Assembly: GCA_015680685.1 (NCBI GenBank)
Contig: MNCI01002198.1
Coordinates: forward strand, 217,775 to 281,774
Length of the DNA stretch: 64,000 bases
Reading direction: 5' to 3'
Source of the DNA: Gnetum montanum
Taxonomy: Eukaryota; Plantae; Gnetophyta
Numbering within the stretch: the first letter of the stretch is position 1; every line of letters begins with the position of its first letter. Under the pieces are notes generated by a model. That model was not told the DNA's origin. It was given only the letters and a program-made list of their open reading frames with translations, and did not search any database. Shown here piece by piece: positions 1-13,020 of this stretch. The position numbers and the translations under genes were made by a program.

Positions 1-17
1 ACATTCTCAATGCCCTT

Positions 18-2170
18 TCAATCTACCATTATGAGATTGAATTCTTGTAAGATCACTAGCCACCATATGACATAGGGGCTCACTGTTGGCTTTTTCATTA
101 GGAAGCAGATGGCACTGTGGTCTATGTGCATAAACACTTTGTATTCAAGCACATAATGCCTAAAATTTTCTAGAGAAAACACCATTGCCATCAGTTCTTT
201 TTCTATAGTGGTGTAGTTTAATTGTGCACACACAATGCTTCAGCTAGTGCAATGTATGTAATATGGATGTTTTTCATCATTCATCTCCATAAGCACAGCT
301 TCCAAGGCATAATTTGATACATCTATCATAGCATGAAACAGTTTAGACCAATCGGGTGCTTGTAGGATTGGAGTTTCTACAAGTTTTTTTTTCAGTTGTT
401 GGAATGCTTTTTTGCATTCTTTCGTCCAAAAAAATGGAGCATCTTTCTTTGTTACCTCAACCAATAGTTTTGCGATCTTAGAGAAATTCTCTATGAATCA
501 CCAATAGTAGCCAATATGTCCAAGGAATGACCAAACATCTTCGATAGTTTCTGGTTGGTGGGTTATTCCTTAGATGACCCTTATTTTTTTAGGGTTGACT
601 TCAATTCCTACTTGTGATATTCTTTGCCCTAATACAATGCCTTCCTGGACCATTAGGTGACTCTTTTTCTAGTTGTGCTTGAGGTTTGTTTCAACACATC
701 TTTTTAGCACTTGCTTAAGGTGGTCTAGGGCTTGCTCAAATGTAGTTCCATAGGTGGAGGAGTCATCCATGAAGACTTCCACACCACTACCAATTTGCTA
801 TTGAAAAATGCTTAGAACCAGGCTTTAGAATGTAGTAGGGGCATTGCACAAATCAAAAGGCATCTTGCAATATGCAAAAGTCCCCTAGGAAGTTGTGAAT
901 GTTGTTTTGGCTTGGTCTCTAGGCCCGATCTAGATTTGGTTATAGCCACTATAACCATATAGAAAACTGTAGTAGCAATGCCTAGATATTTTATTTAACA
1001 CATGATTAACAAATGGCAACAAAAAATGATTCTTGAACATTGCCATATTTAGTAACTGAAAATCAATGTAGACTTGCCACTCACTACCTTTCTTGAGCAT
1101 AATAACGAGTGGACTAACCCACTCACTATCAATAATGGGATAAATAAACCCCACCTTGAGGAGTTGTTTAATTTCCTCTTTGACAATTTACTTCAATTTA
1201 GGGTTCAATTGCCTTTGTGACTGTCTCTTTGGCTTCATGGTCAGATCAGTGTAGATGTGATGTTGGCATATCCTAGAATCAATCCTTGTGAGTTCAGGAT
1301 ATGACCAAGAAAAAGCTATTGATGTTTTTTCAACCACATTCAACAACATCGTTTTCTATTTTGGAGAAAGATTTCCATTGATTATGATCGACTTCCCATT
1401 CTTCAAGAACACATATTCCATGCTGACCAGTATAGGTCTTAGTTTAAAGGACTCTTACTTGAAACATTTAGGAATTTCCAACTCTCCCTAGCAAGTATCA
1501 TCATTTGCATCATTAGAGATTTGGTAATGAACTTGCTCTAGTTCGTTCATGCCTACAACATATGTGCATATTAAGCTCTTAGTTGGTTCCATGCAGAGTG
1601 TGCTGCTTTCAAAATCAATGATTAGTCATTGGGTATCTGCCTATTTTGTGGCTGTTGCATACATACACCTTTGAATTTGTGCTTCTAGTGCACACTACTT
1701 GCATTTAGAGATAGATGCTCATTTGACTGCCCAGAGTTTCTAAACACAATTGCACCTTGTATCATTGTATGTGATGCATGGAACTAGCTTCTTCTCAATT
1801 TTTCCAAATGCATTTTCTTTGGATATTTCTAGGGAAAGATCTCTAATGCCCATCCTAGCATCAACGGTGCTTAGCCATGCCCTTCCCATGATGATTGAGA
1901 AGTTCCCTTTGTAATTCTCCACTTTGATCACTAGGAAATCAACAAGATAAGACCATTCATAGATAGTGGTCACAATGTCTTCTACTAGTCTTAATGGAAA
2001 AATAATGTACTAGTTTTCCAATTCTACTCTAATATTTCTTTTCTTTAAAGGAGGAAGGTTACATGTAGTATACATCTCATGAGAGATCAGATTGACAATG
2101 GAACCAGAATCAAGAAGAGCTTTACATGGTTCATTCCTAGCAATCTACAAATAGATCAAAGGACTCCTAG
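18..2170 (-). pseudogene. pol: pol relic (protease, RT, RNase H) with many stops and frameshifts
   Basis: The ORF-track fragments above lie in PR-RT-RH order on the minus strand. Confidence 0.88.
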
Positions 2171-2399
2171 GATATGCTAACTTCTTGAAAAGGTTTCTAG
2201 CACAGATCCAATTAGATACAGTGTTAGTAAGCATCATAGTATTGATTCTGGGCAATGTTTGGTTTGAAGGGGACTTGAAAGAATTTGATATAGAGGAAGA
2301 TGGAGGAATAAGGTTGTCAACTACAGGTGTATTTGAGGGCTTAGGTGGACTGCATGGTTGAAAGAAAGGTCTTTTCTTTGATTGAGTATCTGAATGACT

Positions 2400-4742
2400 T
2401 GATTGATGAACTAAGTATAGATTAAGGACCCTGGTAGCATTGCATTATTGTGGTTGAGTTGGGAGTTCACCTTGCATAGGTGGAGAAGGTGGTAGCTATG
2501 CGGTTGGAGGAGGAAGATGTGCAAGAATAGGAGGAGCATAGGGCAAAGAGCTGGTATGTGGAGAATGAGTTTGATAATAATTATAAGGGTGGTAGTGAGA
2601 TTGGAAAGTAGAAATGTGATTGGTGGAGTCATGTGGAGACAAGGGTTGTTGAATGTAATACCCATAGGGATTAGGTTGTCAGTAAGGGTATTGCTACCTT
2701 GTTGGTGCTAGCACCCATGACTATGGTTGCTACCACTGTTGATATTGCCCATATGGTTGTGGTGGAGTTTTGCTTGGATAATACTATTGTGGCTAATGGA
2801 ATTGCTTAGAATTACCTTAAGGATAAGGAAATCTTCTAGATGTTTGCCTTTGTGTTAGTCATGGATTCAAAACATACAACCCCAGACTCTTGTAAGTGTG
2901 ACACTATGGGGCAACATCCATTAGGATGTTCATACTAGCAAATGTCACATCCACCATCATCATTTGATTCACTTTTGGTAACTTCTTCTATTGCAGCAAT
3001 CTTACCCTTACCTTTTTGATAGGCATGTTCAACTTCCTTGCACCTCCTACACTCACGATCACTACCTCATTCTTTGGACTCTTTAGCAATTTTTAGGACA
3101 ACTTGAAATCTGTTATTCATGAAGTCCCATAACTAATCAACCTTGGCCATAATTTTGGATTGAATCTTTTAGAGGGGTAAGGCTTTCCTATTTACCACCT
3201 CATCAAGAGATGATTCTTTCTCATTATCACAAAATCGAATCTCCCTCTTTCATATGGAAGGATCACAATTATACTCTTCTACACTTTCTCATTTTCTCAA
3301 CTTACTTTCCTATTTAGCTACTTGCTCAATTAGTCTTTGGATTTGATAGCTACTTAATTTTGATAGTTTTCCTTGGGCATAAATGCCAAGGGTTCTCCTC
3401 GTTTTAGATCAAAGCCCATCTACAATGTGGCAAAGTGATCTAGTTTAGAATAACCATGGCCATGACATCTATGCATTAAGGGATAGTATCAACTGATGAT
3501 GGCATCCAAGGGTTCATGTGTTCCTTGTTTCCATCCTTGGATCTACCTTCTCAAGTTGGACACTCTAGAGTATGTTTGATATTTGTTGTTGAAAAATTCA
3601 AGCATTATACTCCATCATTTGATAGATTCTGATTCTAAGGACTAGTACCAGTTTTCTACTTCTTTAATGAATTTTTGTGGGAACAACTTATGTTTTTGCC
3701 ACTCATTCTATATATTTTACAGGGAACATGCATCTTGAAAATCTTGGAGGTGGTTCTACAGATCTAAGTTATATCCCCCTTCGAACTTAGGGATATTATT
3801 CATGTCTAGCCTTTTGATTCGACTATCCTTCACATGCTTTGTTGGAATTCGTACTACCTATACAATGTTTAGCATACTTCGAGTAGCAAGAAAAAGCTCA
3901 TCGAGGCCTTGATTTTGGTGCTTTCGATGCCCTCTACTACCCCTTTATTCCTGGCATTTTGTCTCTCTTGAATGCTCATGCCCTTGGTCTTACCTTGCTC
4001 AATGGTCCGTTTGATCATTTCGGTGCCATCAGTCACCTTCATCACAGTCGTACCCTCCACAGTTGAGATTAGAGCCAAAAGAAGAAAAGGATGATGAAAA
4101 AGGTGAAGAGGAAGGAGGACTAGGACCATAACTATGCCTACTACCACCTCTTCGATGATTACAACCATGATCATGATCTTGTTTCTTATTTGCATCCCTA
4201 CCTTGATGTGCCTCTTTAGATCCTTCTTTATCATTGGATCCATTAGGATTGTGAATTGTGGATTGTAATTTTTGGTTTTGACCTCCTTCACCAAAGTCAA
4301 AGAGAGGAATTTCAATGAATGGGAAATCCCTAGAGAAGGACTCTCTACCACCTTTTTGGTATAGCAAGAATGAGGAATTATTAAATCTTTTTCCCTTTGT
4401 AGATTCATAATGTTGTTCTAACTGGTGATCCCTAAGACATTGTGCCTTAGTGGGATGATAATCCATGGAGTCACTATCTTGCATCACGTACTCAGCATGA
4501 ATTCCTTAGAAACCCCATCATATAAGCATCTGTTAGAGCATTGTAGGAATGGATCAACTGGACGGTAACATAATGTTTCCTTCCATGTCACACCACCATA
4601 GCTAATAATCTGACTGTAGGATGAAGGTGAAATTTGGTACATACTCATCAGGATGAGCATATACCACTTGGTATTGTTAAGGCACTAGAAAATGTACTCC
4701 ATCAGACTTGGGTGGAGAATTGCTCCTATGAGAAGAAGACAT
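2400..4742 (-). pseudogene. gag: gag relic with a long N-terminal extension
   Basis: ATG at 4742 (MSSSHRSNSPP...) is in frame with ORF 4029-4487. Capsid-like core at about 3400-3800 (PKFEGGY..., 'KNWY'), a Cys/His-rich knuckle-like stretch near 2900-2950, then P/Q-rich sequence. Confidence 0.75.
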
Positions 4743-4883
4743 TTTATGTTAGGAAATAAAAATTGTAGTGTGTTTCTAAATATTGTTGTAGTAATTTTAA
4801 GATGTGATATGACTCTAAGGTTCATTCCAATGATTTGAATAAGTTTCAGTAAATCTTAGATAACACACGAAACAACTAAAATG

Positions 4884-4901
4884 TCCTTAGCAATGGTGCC
4901 A
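4884..4901 (-). promoter_or_regulatory. Primer binding site, decayed tRNA-Asp type
   Basis: Minus strand reads tggcaccattgctaagga, which matches TGGCGCCGTTGCCGGGGA with transition changes. It sits right beside the LTR end. Confidence 0.75.
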
Positions 4902-4902
4902 A

Positions 4903-5777
4903 TGATGAGTGGCGAGGTACCCCTATGTCCAACCATATGAATCACTAAGGCATTCATGTGTGATTTGGTCGAATTTTGTGGACCTGTAGTTCTCTAGTGC
5001 ACTAATTCTCTAGAAAGTAAATTAGGTGTTGAGAACATTTGTTGTCTTCCTAACTACACTTATGAAGCTCAAGGATATGGTTTAAGTGTAATCGAGGCAC
5101 ATGTTTTTTATTATTTTTACATTTTGTAAGTTTAATTACCTACAACAAGAATAAAAGGTAGAGAAATTTAGTATCTAATTATTTTACTTCCTAGCTATCC
5201 TAACACAAGTACTCATTCCCATTTTCCAGACACATCCTAAATATGTATAGCGTTGTTGGGCTACCAAATGTTAAGTGTTTCTAGATTACTAAGTGCTACA
5301 TGTATGCTCGAGGTGATCGTGCTTGTGTTCATTAACAACTGGAAATTAATTGCTTAATTAAAGTGCATTAAAGTGAAATGCATGAAAATAAAGTGCATGA
5401 ATATTAAATGCATCAAGGAAACATTTAATTTATTCTCAATGCTGTAAAGATGATCAAAAGGGTTCATTTTTATTCTCATCACACTATTGTGCTCAAGCAC
5501 ATAAGTGTTCAAACAAAGATCCATACATGATTAGACTCCTGTTGCGAGCACTTAGAAAATATTCTAACTCTAGAGAAAACAAACTGCAAGAGCTTCACTA
5601 TGCCATGACAAAAACTATATGGAAAGTGTGAGTCCAAGAACTATATTTATAGGCTAGCATATACCTTGCGATATCAGATATTTGACATTGCATCTTGGGC
5701 TCTAACATTAGGTATCCAATGTCGAGGCTCTGATATCAGATATTCAATATCAGAGCTAGTCAAAACATGATTCATCA
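4903..5777 (-). repeat. 5' LTR of the Athila-like element
   Basis: TG...CA termini with inverted tgatga/tcatca ends and a minus-strand TATAAATA near 5645. The U5 end matches the solo LTR end at about 41010-41053. Confidence 0.85.
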
Positions 5778-7085
5778 ATTAGTATGTAATTCTTTCAAGT
5801 GGTTTAAGGCTCTTGAATGAAATTTGTAAATCTTTTATGAGAGATCAACAAAGAGCTTTTCATCAAAAGGAAAATTATTATGCTATGTTGGTATATTTGT
5901 TGAAAATTTTGGTATTTATCATATATCAAAGGTACTACTAATGAGATACTTTAAGTTTAAAAGGCTTCATATTTAATCTTAGTATGGCATTAAGGATTTA
6001 TTAATATTGATGAGATTCAAGGATGCATCTCTACAAAGGAAAGGTGACCAAAGGAAGGAAATTCGAGTAGTAGATGCATTGCAAAATTTGGAAGAAAATT
6101 TGCACTTATGTAGGGGAATCCTACACCTCATCAACCATCATTATCTTTTGGGTCACCAGTGTAGGGGGAGTCTTTAGAGACTCTCACCAAAAGACGCTAA
6201 AGTTGCAAGACTTCCAATTTTAGTATCCATAGTAGAAAATGAGAAAGAAAAGATTTATTCATTATTGAATTTGCTAAAGTATCTAAGGTAAAAGTGTAAG
6301 TTAATTTTGGTCAAATAATTTTTGGATCTTTTACCTAAAGATGATATTTATTGGTGTTAGCATTTGAAATTGACATGGTTGTAACAAATTTCTTTATGAG
6401 CATTGTGTTAAGAATATGATTTATTGTGCTTGATATTTTTTTTGGTATGCTAAGATTGTGTTGTTTTGACTATTTTAACAAATACTAAGTCTAAGATCTT
6501 CAAAGAAAAATGTGTTGTTTCTCTCACATTGGAAATGAAATCTACTTGTAGTATCTTTTTGATGATGTCTAAAAAGGAGGAAGAAGATGTTATTCATAAG
6601 ATCTTAAGATCTTAAGATATGTGTATTGTATATATGTTGAAGATCATTACTATTTGTTAAGACTTGGCTTTTATTATGGATATCGTCTTCATAATCATAA
6701 ATATTAGCCTATACTAGAAATAGTGATTTTTTTACTAATTGCTTATAGTTCATTATTTCAGAGACATGATACTTCATCTTTAATGCTTAGCCTTTGATCC
6801 TGAACAAAAATATTTTAGATTCACATTTGAAAGGCTTTAATTATGTCTCATTATGTTTAATGGATTATGTGATGTGCTTTACGGGCAACTCCTAATAGGA
6901 CATTTTTTTAGCCCTTTGAAACCTATGCTGAAGGATGTCTACTCATTGATGGCTATTCATCTCTTTGTCATCAATGCTAGATGTACATTTACAAATGTTT
7001 ATACCTTTCATTGCTTAATCATATGATATTATAGAATGTGCTATCCCATTTTCTTAAGTTTTTGACATCACTAAAAGGGGGAGAT

Positions 7086-8239
7086 TATTGACCTTCTAGT
7101 ATGTCAACCTTAGAAAATAGAGAAAGTGGAAAATGTATTTATATCTTACAGGTATAAGAAAGAACATGATGGGATTGGAACAAGATCATGATAATTGATA
7201 CAAGACCAAGATGACAAGAGCTTAAGATCTAGACAAGAGCTTATTAGTATAAAGACAAAGACTTCATGAGCTTGAGGCAAGAGCTTCATGGTACCAAGAT
7301 GAGAGCTATGTTGAGATGACAAGAAGTCTCAACCAAGATAAAAGATTCCAAGGATACATGGAGCCTACAAGCCAAATTAAGATGTTTTTATGGCTTCTTG
7401 CATGTCCTAGAAGATCAGCAGACATCTCAATGTTGAAGATTTAGTTTTAGGCTAGCCATCCTAAGAAAAAAACAAATGTCCCAACTGCTATTGGGACATC
7501 ACAGCTAGGATTTCCCAAGTGAGATGTCCTAATTTTCAGTGGGATATCTCACTTGCATGTGGCTAATTTTTAGTGGGACATCCCAAGCTCGAATATGATG
7601 CCCCAACTAGTCGTTTCCTAGCCGTTGCATGAATTTTGAGAAGTATTTGAAAAGTAAAAGACTATAAAATAAAGTGAAATTCTTGGAAAAAAGATAAGCA
7701 TTATTCATTGGGATATTCATTCATTTTACTCCTTATTTATCTATCATTTGTAAATTATTTTATGTAAGCTCAAATTGCAGAGAATTTGTAAAGTTAGTTA
7801 CATTCTCTTCTTGATTCTTTTTCTCTCATTGTAGCCTACAAGGTTGATGTGCTTTTTGCCAGAGGGCATCTTGTGAGCTTGTTGGGACCTTACAAGGTTG
7901 ACGGTGTTTCCAATGAGAAAACACTTTGTGTGGAGCTCACGTCATTGTAAAGGTTGTGGGATCCTTGAAAGCACATTTTGAGATTGTTGCGACCTTGCAA
8001 GATTGAGTGTGTTTTCAATGAAATAACACTTTGAGCAGAGGTTAAACATTATAAAGGTTTTGGTGTTCTTTAAACTACTTTTTGAATGAATAAAGTCCTA
8101 GGATGTGCAAGGATTCTATCTTCTAATTGTGGACATACACAAATTAGGAAACCACATAAATTTATGTGTAGTTTTGGTTATCTTTGTTGTTTGAATTAGG
8201 AAACTTATTCAACCCCCCTTTCTAAGTTCTCAATCCTCA
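7086..8239 (+). repeat. Shared (middle) LTR of the Copia tandem
   Basis: PPT at 7073-7084 upstream, PBS at 8242-8254 downstream, colinear with 11799-13020. Confidence 0.88.
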
Positions 8240-8241
8240 AG

Positions 8242-8254
8242 TGGTATCAAAGCC
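8242..8254 (+). promoter_or_regulatory. Primer binding site (tRNA-iMet)
   Basis: tggtatcaaagcc versus consensus TGGTATCAGAGC, 2 bp after the LTR-terminal CA. Confidence 0.88.
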
Positions 8255-8294
8255 TAGAAATCTCCATTTTTGGAGCTTAACATCTCAAAAGTGA

Positions 8295-10240
8295 ATGATG
8301 GAAGGGACATCTTACACCAAGCCACCAATGTTTAATGGGATTGACTTTGTGTACTAGAAGGCTAGAATGCAAGGATTATTTGAATCCATGGAGTTCAAAG
8401 TCTAGAAGTCCATGCTTGAAGGTTACACACCATCCATTGACAACACCAAAAGAGCTACTAAGCTAAGAAGCAAATGGATGCAACATGAAAAATAGTAGTT
8501 CATGTTTGTGTCAAAAGTAAAAAATTATCTTTATTGTGCTTTGAGTAAATCTAAATTTAATAGAGTAGCTGGGTAGAAAATAACAATAAAAATTTAAGAA
8601 AATTTGGAAGCATCATATGAAGGTACATCTATTATCAAGCAATCTAAGATTTTAGTATTACAAAGTAAGTATGATAAAATGAAAGAAGAAGAGAAAATCA
8701 AGGACTATTTTTCTAGAGCAAATGATTTAGCTATAGCTATTTGTGAGATGGGAAAAGATTTACCTAAAAGTGATGTGATTGCTAAAAGGATTATAACTTT
8801 GTAGCCTAAGTTTAGACCAAATGTTATATCCTTGGAGGAAATCAAAGATTTCTCAATTCTTAAATTTAAAGAGGTTCAAAGTGCACTCATTACTTATTAG
8901 ATGAGTCTCATTAGCAAAGGTGCTATCAAAGAAATGCCTATTGCCCTTAAAAGTTCATCAAAGAAGAAGGAGCCACCTAAACATTAAGAAAATAGTGAAG
9001 ATGAATTGGTTTTTTTGTCTAGGAGAGTTTAAAGATTACCTACATGAAAAGGCAAGGGCTTCAACCAATCCAACATCAAAGGTAAGTTAAAAGGTAAAAA
9101 TTTTAAAAGTTCAAATATTGATGCATCATCTATAGAATTTTGGGTTTGTGGTGGTAGAAACCATGCAGCCTCTAAATGTCCAAGTGGTAAAAGGTTTACA
9201 AGGAAGGATTAATCCAAAAAAGAAAAAATCTTTAGACAAGCTACAATAATGAGTAAAGTGAGAAGGAGGTAGATGATACTACAAGAGATTCACATATTCT
9301 ATGCATGGATCTTACTCATTAAAATTCTATAAAAGTCCTTGAAGAATCTAAAGGTAAAGCTGATGAAAGGTATAATGAATTGCATGAGAAAATTATTATT
9401 CTATATTATTTACTTAAACAATCAAGAAAAAATATGCATAGAAAAGGAAATAAAATTTCTAATCTCTATACCATATGCTCCACTCTAAAATGGAAAATAT
9501 CATATGCAAAGGCTAAGGTTCAATTACTAATCCATTTATGTGAGCAAAAGTATAGGGAAACACAAGATGCAAAGACTAGAAAAAATTAGGAAGTGCCTCA
9601 AAATCAGCACAACAATGAAAATTTTAAAGAGGCTTCTCAAAAGAATTCTTGTACAACTTTGGTATCATCTAAAACTAGAAACAAGACCAGGTTTGATTAT
9701 CCTATCCAAATTAGGAATACTCTATATTTTTGTTGTAAAGTATGTGGACATGAACAAGGCTATTATCAGACACATATAGAGAAAAATAATGTGGCTACTT
9801 GGTCTTATTAAGGGGAGTCTAGTAAGTGTAACTTACAAGGTACAAAAGCTTGGAGAACCAATGAACAAGAGGACGAAATGGTCTTTGATGAAATTAAAGG
9901 ATTTATATCCATAATTAGCAAAAATTATTAGGCTTGTCATTTTGAAGAACATGAGCATGACAAAGTAGCAACCTTGCATGGATTTGGAGATGCAAACCAA
10001 GATTCTAATGAAAGAAAAGGTAAGGAGAAGTTGCATGCTAAGGAGGTACTCTATGATGGAGGAAGTCACCTCAAAATTTATTAATCATGTTCATGCTAGA
10101 AAGGAAGCAAGGTAAGTAATGGTAAATCCTTATTCCTTCACTTGCTAGACTTAAGAGTAGATTAGTTTATGTTGATAAATGATTAGTAGATAGGAAATTA
10201 AGTAAATGGATGTTGTTGGAAATATTTGGTTATCCAAAGG
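8295..10240 (+). pseudogene. gag: Copia/SIRE-type gag relic
   Basis: MMEGTSYTKPPMFNGIDFVY*KARM N-terminus, 'LEASYEGTSIIKQSK...KMKEEEKIKDYFSR' (8604-8804), a CCHC-like knuckle near 9140-9180 and a second decayed knuckle near 9730. Confidence 0.85.
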
Positions 10241-11798
10241 AAATCTCACTTGATCTTACAAGATGTTGAGCTATAGATAAAAGCATATGGCCATTAAAAT
10301 TTGAATGGATATTGATGAGAATTATCTCAAGGAAGGGTCAAAATACAAAAACTCACAAGGTAGGATCTGATAAGTTTGCATCATCTCACTAGTATTAGAA
10401 CATATATACCTTTGATACAACTCAGATGATGTAGAAATTATGCTTATTGTTGGGTTGTAATATGTTTTGAAAGATGTTTGATGAACACTGGAAAATCAAT
10501 TTTTGGATCATTAACTAGTATGTAATGCTTTCAAGTGGTTTAAGACTCTTGACTAAAATTCGTAAATATTTTAAGAGAGATCAATAAAGAGCTTTTCATC
10601 GAAAGAAAAATTATTATGCTATGTTGGTATTTTTTGTTGAAAATTTTGGTATTTATCATCTATTAAAGGTTCTACTAATGAGAGACTTTAAGTTAAATGG
10701 TATCCATACTTGATCTTAGTATGACATTACAGATTTATTAATATTGATGAGATTTAGGGATGCATCTCTACAAAGGCAAGGTGACCAAATGAAGGAAATT
10801 CAGGTAGTAGATGCATTACAAAAGTTGGAAGAAATTTAGTACTTATGCACCTCATCAACAATCATTATCTTTTGGGCCACTAGTGTAGGGGGAATCTTTA
10901 GAGACTTTTACCAAAAGACACTCAAGTTTCAAGACTTCCAATTCTAGTATCCATGATAGAAAATGAGCAAGAAAAGATTTATTCATTATTGAATCTGCTA
11001 AAGTATCTAAGGTAAAAGTGTAAGTTAATTTTGGTGATATCATTTTTGGATCTTTTACCTAAAGATGACCTTTATTGGTGTTGGCATTTGAAATTGACAT
11101 GGTTGTATCAAATTACTTTATGAACATTTTGTTAAGGATATGATTAATTATGCTTGATATTTTTCTGGCATGTTAATATTATACCATTTTGACTATTGTT
11201 ATGAATATTGAATCTAAGGTCTTCAAAGGAAAATGCATTTTTTCTCTCACCTTGGAAATGAAATCCACTTATAGTATCTTTTTGTTGATGTCCAAAAAGA
11301 GGAAGAAGATGTTATTCATAAGATCTTAAGATATGTATATTGGATATATGGTGAAGACTATTACTATTTGTTAATACTTTGCTTTTATTAAAGATATAGT
11401 CTTCATAATCATAAATCTTGGCCTATACAATAAATAATGATTTTGTTACTAATGGCTTATGATTCATTATGTTTGAGACATGATACTTGATCTTTAATGC
11501 TATGCCTTTTGTGCTAAACAAAACTATTATAGATTTACATTTAAAATAATTTACTTATGTCTCTTTATGTTTAATGGATTATGTGATGTGTTTTATTGGT
11601 AGCTCCTAATAGGATATTTTTCAGCCCTTTGAAACCTATGTTGAAGGATGTGTACTCATTGATGTCTATTCATCTCTTTGTCATCCTTAGCTAGATATAT
11701 ATTTACAAATATTTATGCCTTTAATTTCATAATCATATAATATTATGTAATGTTAAACCCATTTTCTTAAGTTTTGAACATCACTAAAATGGGAATAT

Positions 11799-13020
11799 TG
11801 TTGATCTTTTAGTATGTCAAAACCTTAGAAAATGGAGAATGTAGAAAATATGTTTTTATGATCTTGCATGTCTAAGAAATAACATGATGGGGTTAGAACA
11901 AGAGCATGATAATTGATATAAGAATAAGATGACAAGAATTCAAATTAGGACAAGAGCTTATTGGTGTAAATACAAGGACTCCATGAGTTTAAGACAAGAG
12001 CTTCATGGTACTAAGATGAGAGCTATGTTGAGATGACAAGAGGTCTTAATCAAGATGAAAGATTGTAAGGATATATGAAACCTACAAGCCAAATGAAGAT
12101 GTTTTAGTATCTTCTTGGATGTCTTAGAAGATCAGTAGATGTCCCAAAGGTGAAGACTTTGTTTTAGGCCAGATGTTCCAAGAAAATAGTAGATGTCCCA
12201 ATTACAATTAAGACGTCATAACTAGGATGTCCCAAGTATGACATCCTAGCTGGGACATCCCAAGTGAGACATCTCAGCTGGAATGCTTCAAGTGAGGTGT
12301 TCTAATTTTTAGTAGGATGTCCCACTTGCATGCAAGTAGTTTTCAGTGAGACATCCCAAGCTCAAATAGGATGTTCCAACTACCCATTTGCTAGCTGTTG
12401 CATGAATTCCATGGAGTATTTGAAAGTAAAAGGCTACAAAAGAAAGTGGAATTCTTGGGAAAAAGATAAGAATTGTACAAGCACTATTCATTGGGATATT
12501 CATTCATTTTACACATCAAGTGAATCATTTTGTTCCTCATTTATCTATCATTTGTGAATTATTTTTTGTAAGCTCAAATCGCAAGGAATTTGTAAAGTTA
12601 GTTACATTCTTAATTTTTTTGTCTCTTTGTAGCCCTGTAGGGTTGATATGATTCTTGAAAGAATATATTTTGTGAGCTTATTGGGATCTTGTGGGGTTGA
12701 GTGTGTTTCCAGTGAGAAAACACTTTGTGTAGAGCTCACATCATTATAAAGGTTGTGGGATCCTTGAAATCATATTCTGAGATTGTTGGAACCTTGCAAG
12801 CTTAAGTGTGTTTCTAGTGAGAAAATAATCCAAGTGAAGCTCAAACATCGGAAAGGTTGTGGTGTCCTTTAAACCACTTTTTAAAGGAAAAAATTCTAGA
12901 GGTATGCAAGGATTCTACCCTCTAAGTGTTGGAGAACCACATAAATTTGTGTGTGGTTTTGATTATCTTAATTGTTCAAATTGGGAAACTTATTCAGTCC
13001 TTCTAATTTCTCAGTCCTTA
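11799..13020 (+). repeat. 3' LTR of the Copia tandem
   Basis: Starts tgttga after the decayed PPT aaaatgggaatat and is homologous to 7086-8239. Confidence 0.85.

Larger units (their letters stand above)
1..5777 (-). mobile_element. Decayed Ty3/Gypsy LTR retrotransposon, Athila-like non-chromovirus (5' LTR, PBS, gag, protease, RT, RNase H; runs off the left edge)
   Basis: Minus-strand ORF fragments: RT 'GFIYPIIDSEWVSPLV' (930-1154), RNase H 'FHAMIDVSNYALEAVL' and 'NYTTIEKELMAMVFSLENFRHY' (18-464), protease 'FSIIMGRAWL' (1740-1973). LTR at 4903-5777 (tgatgag...ttcatca) with an adjacent PBS. Confidence 0.92.
5778..13020 (+). mobile_element. Non-autonomous gag-only Ty1/Copia (SIRE/Sirevirus-like) element in tandem: internal-LTR-internal-LTR
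   Basis: 5778-7085 is a diverged copy of about 10515-11798. LTRs lie at 7086-8239 and 11799-13020. PPT aaaagggggagat precedes 7086 and PBS tggtatcaaagcc (iMet) follows 8239. The LTR ends with a tattcaaccccc motif. No pol motifs were found. Confidence 0.85.
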
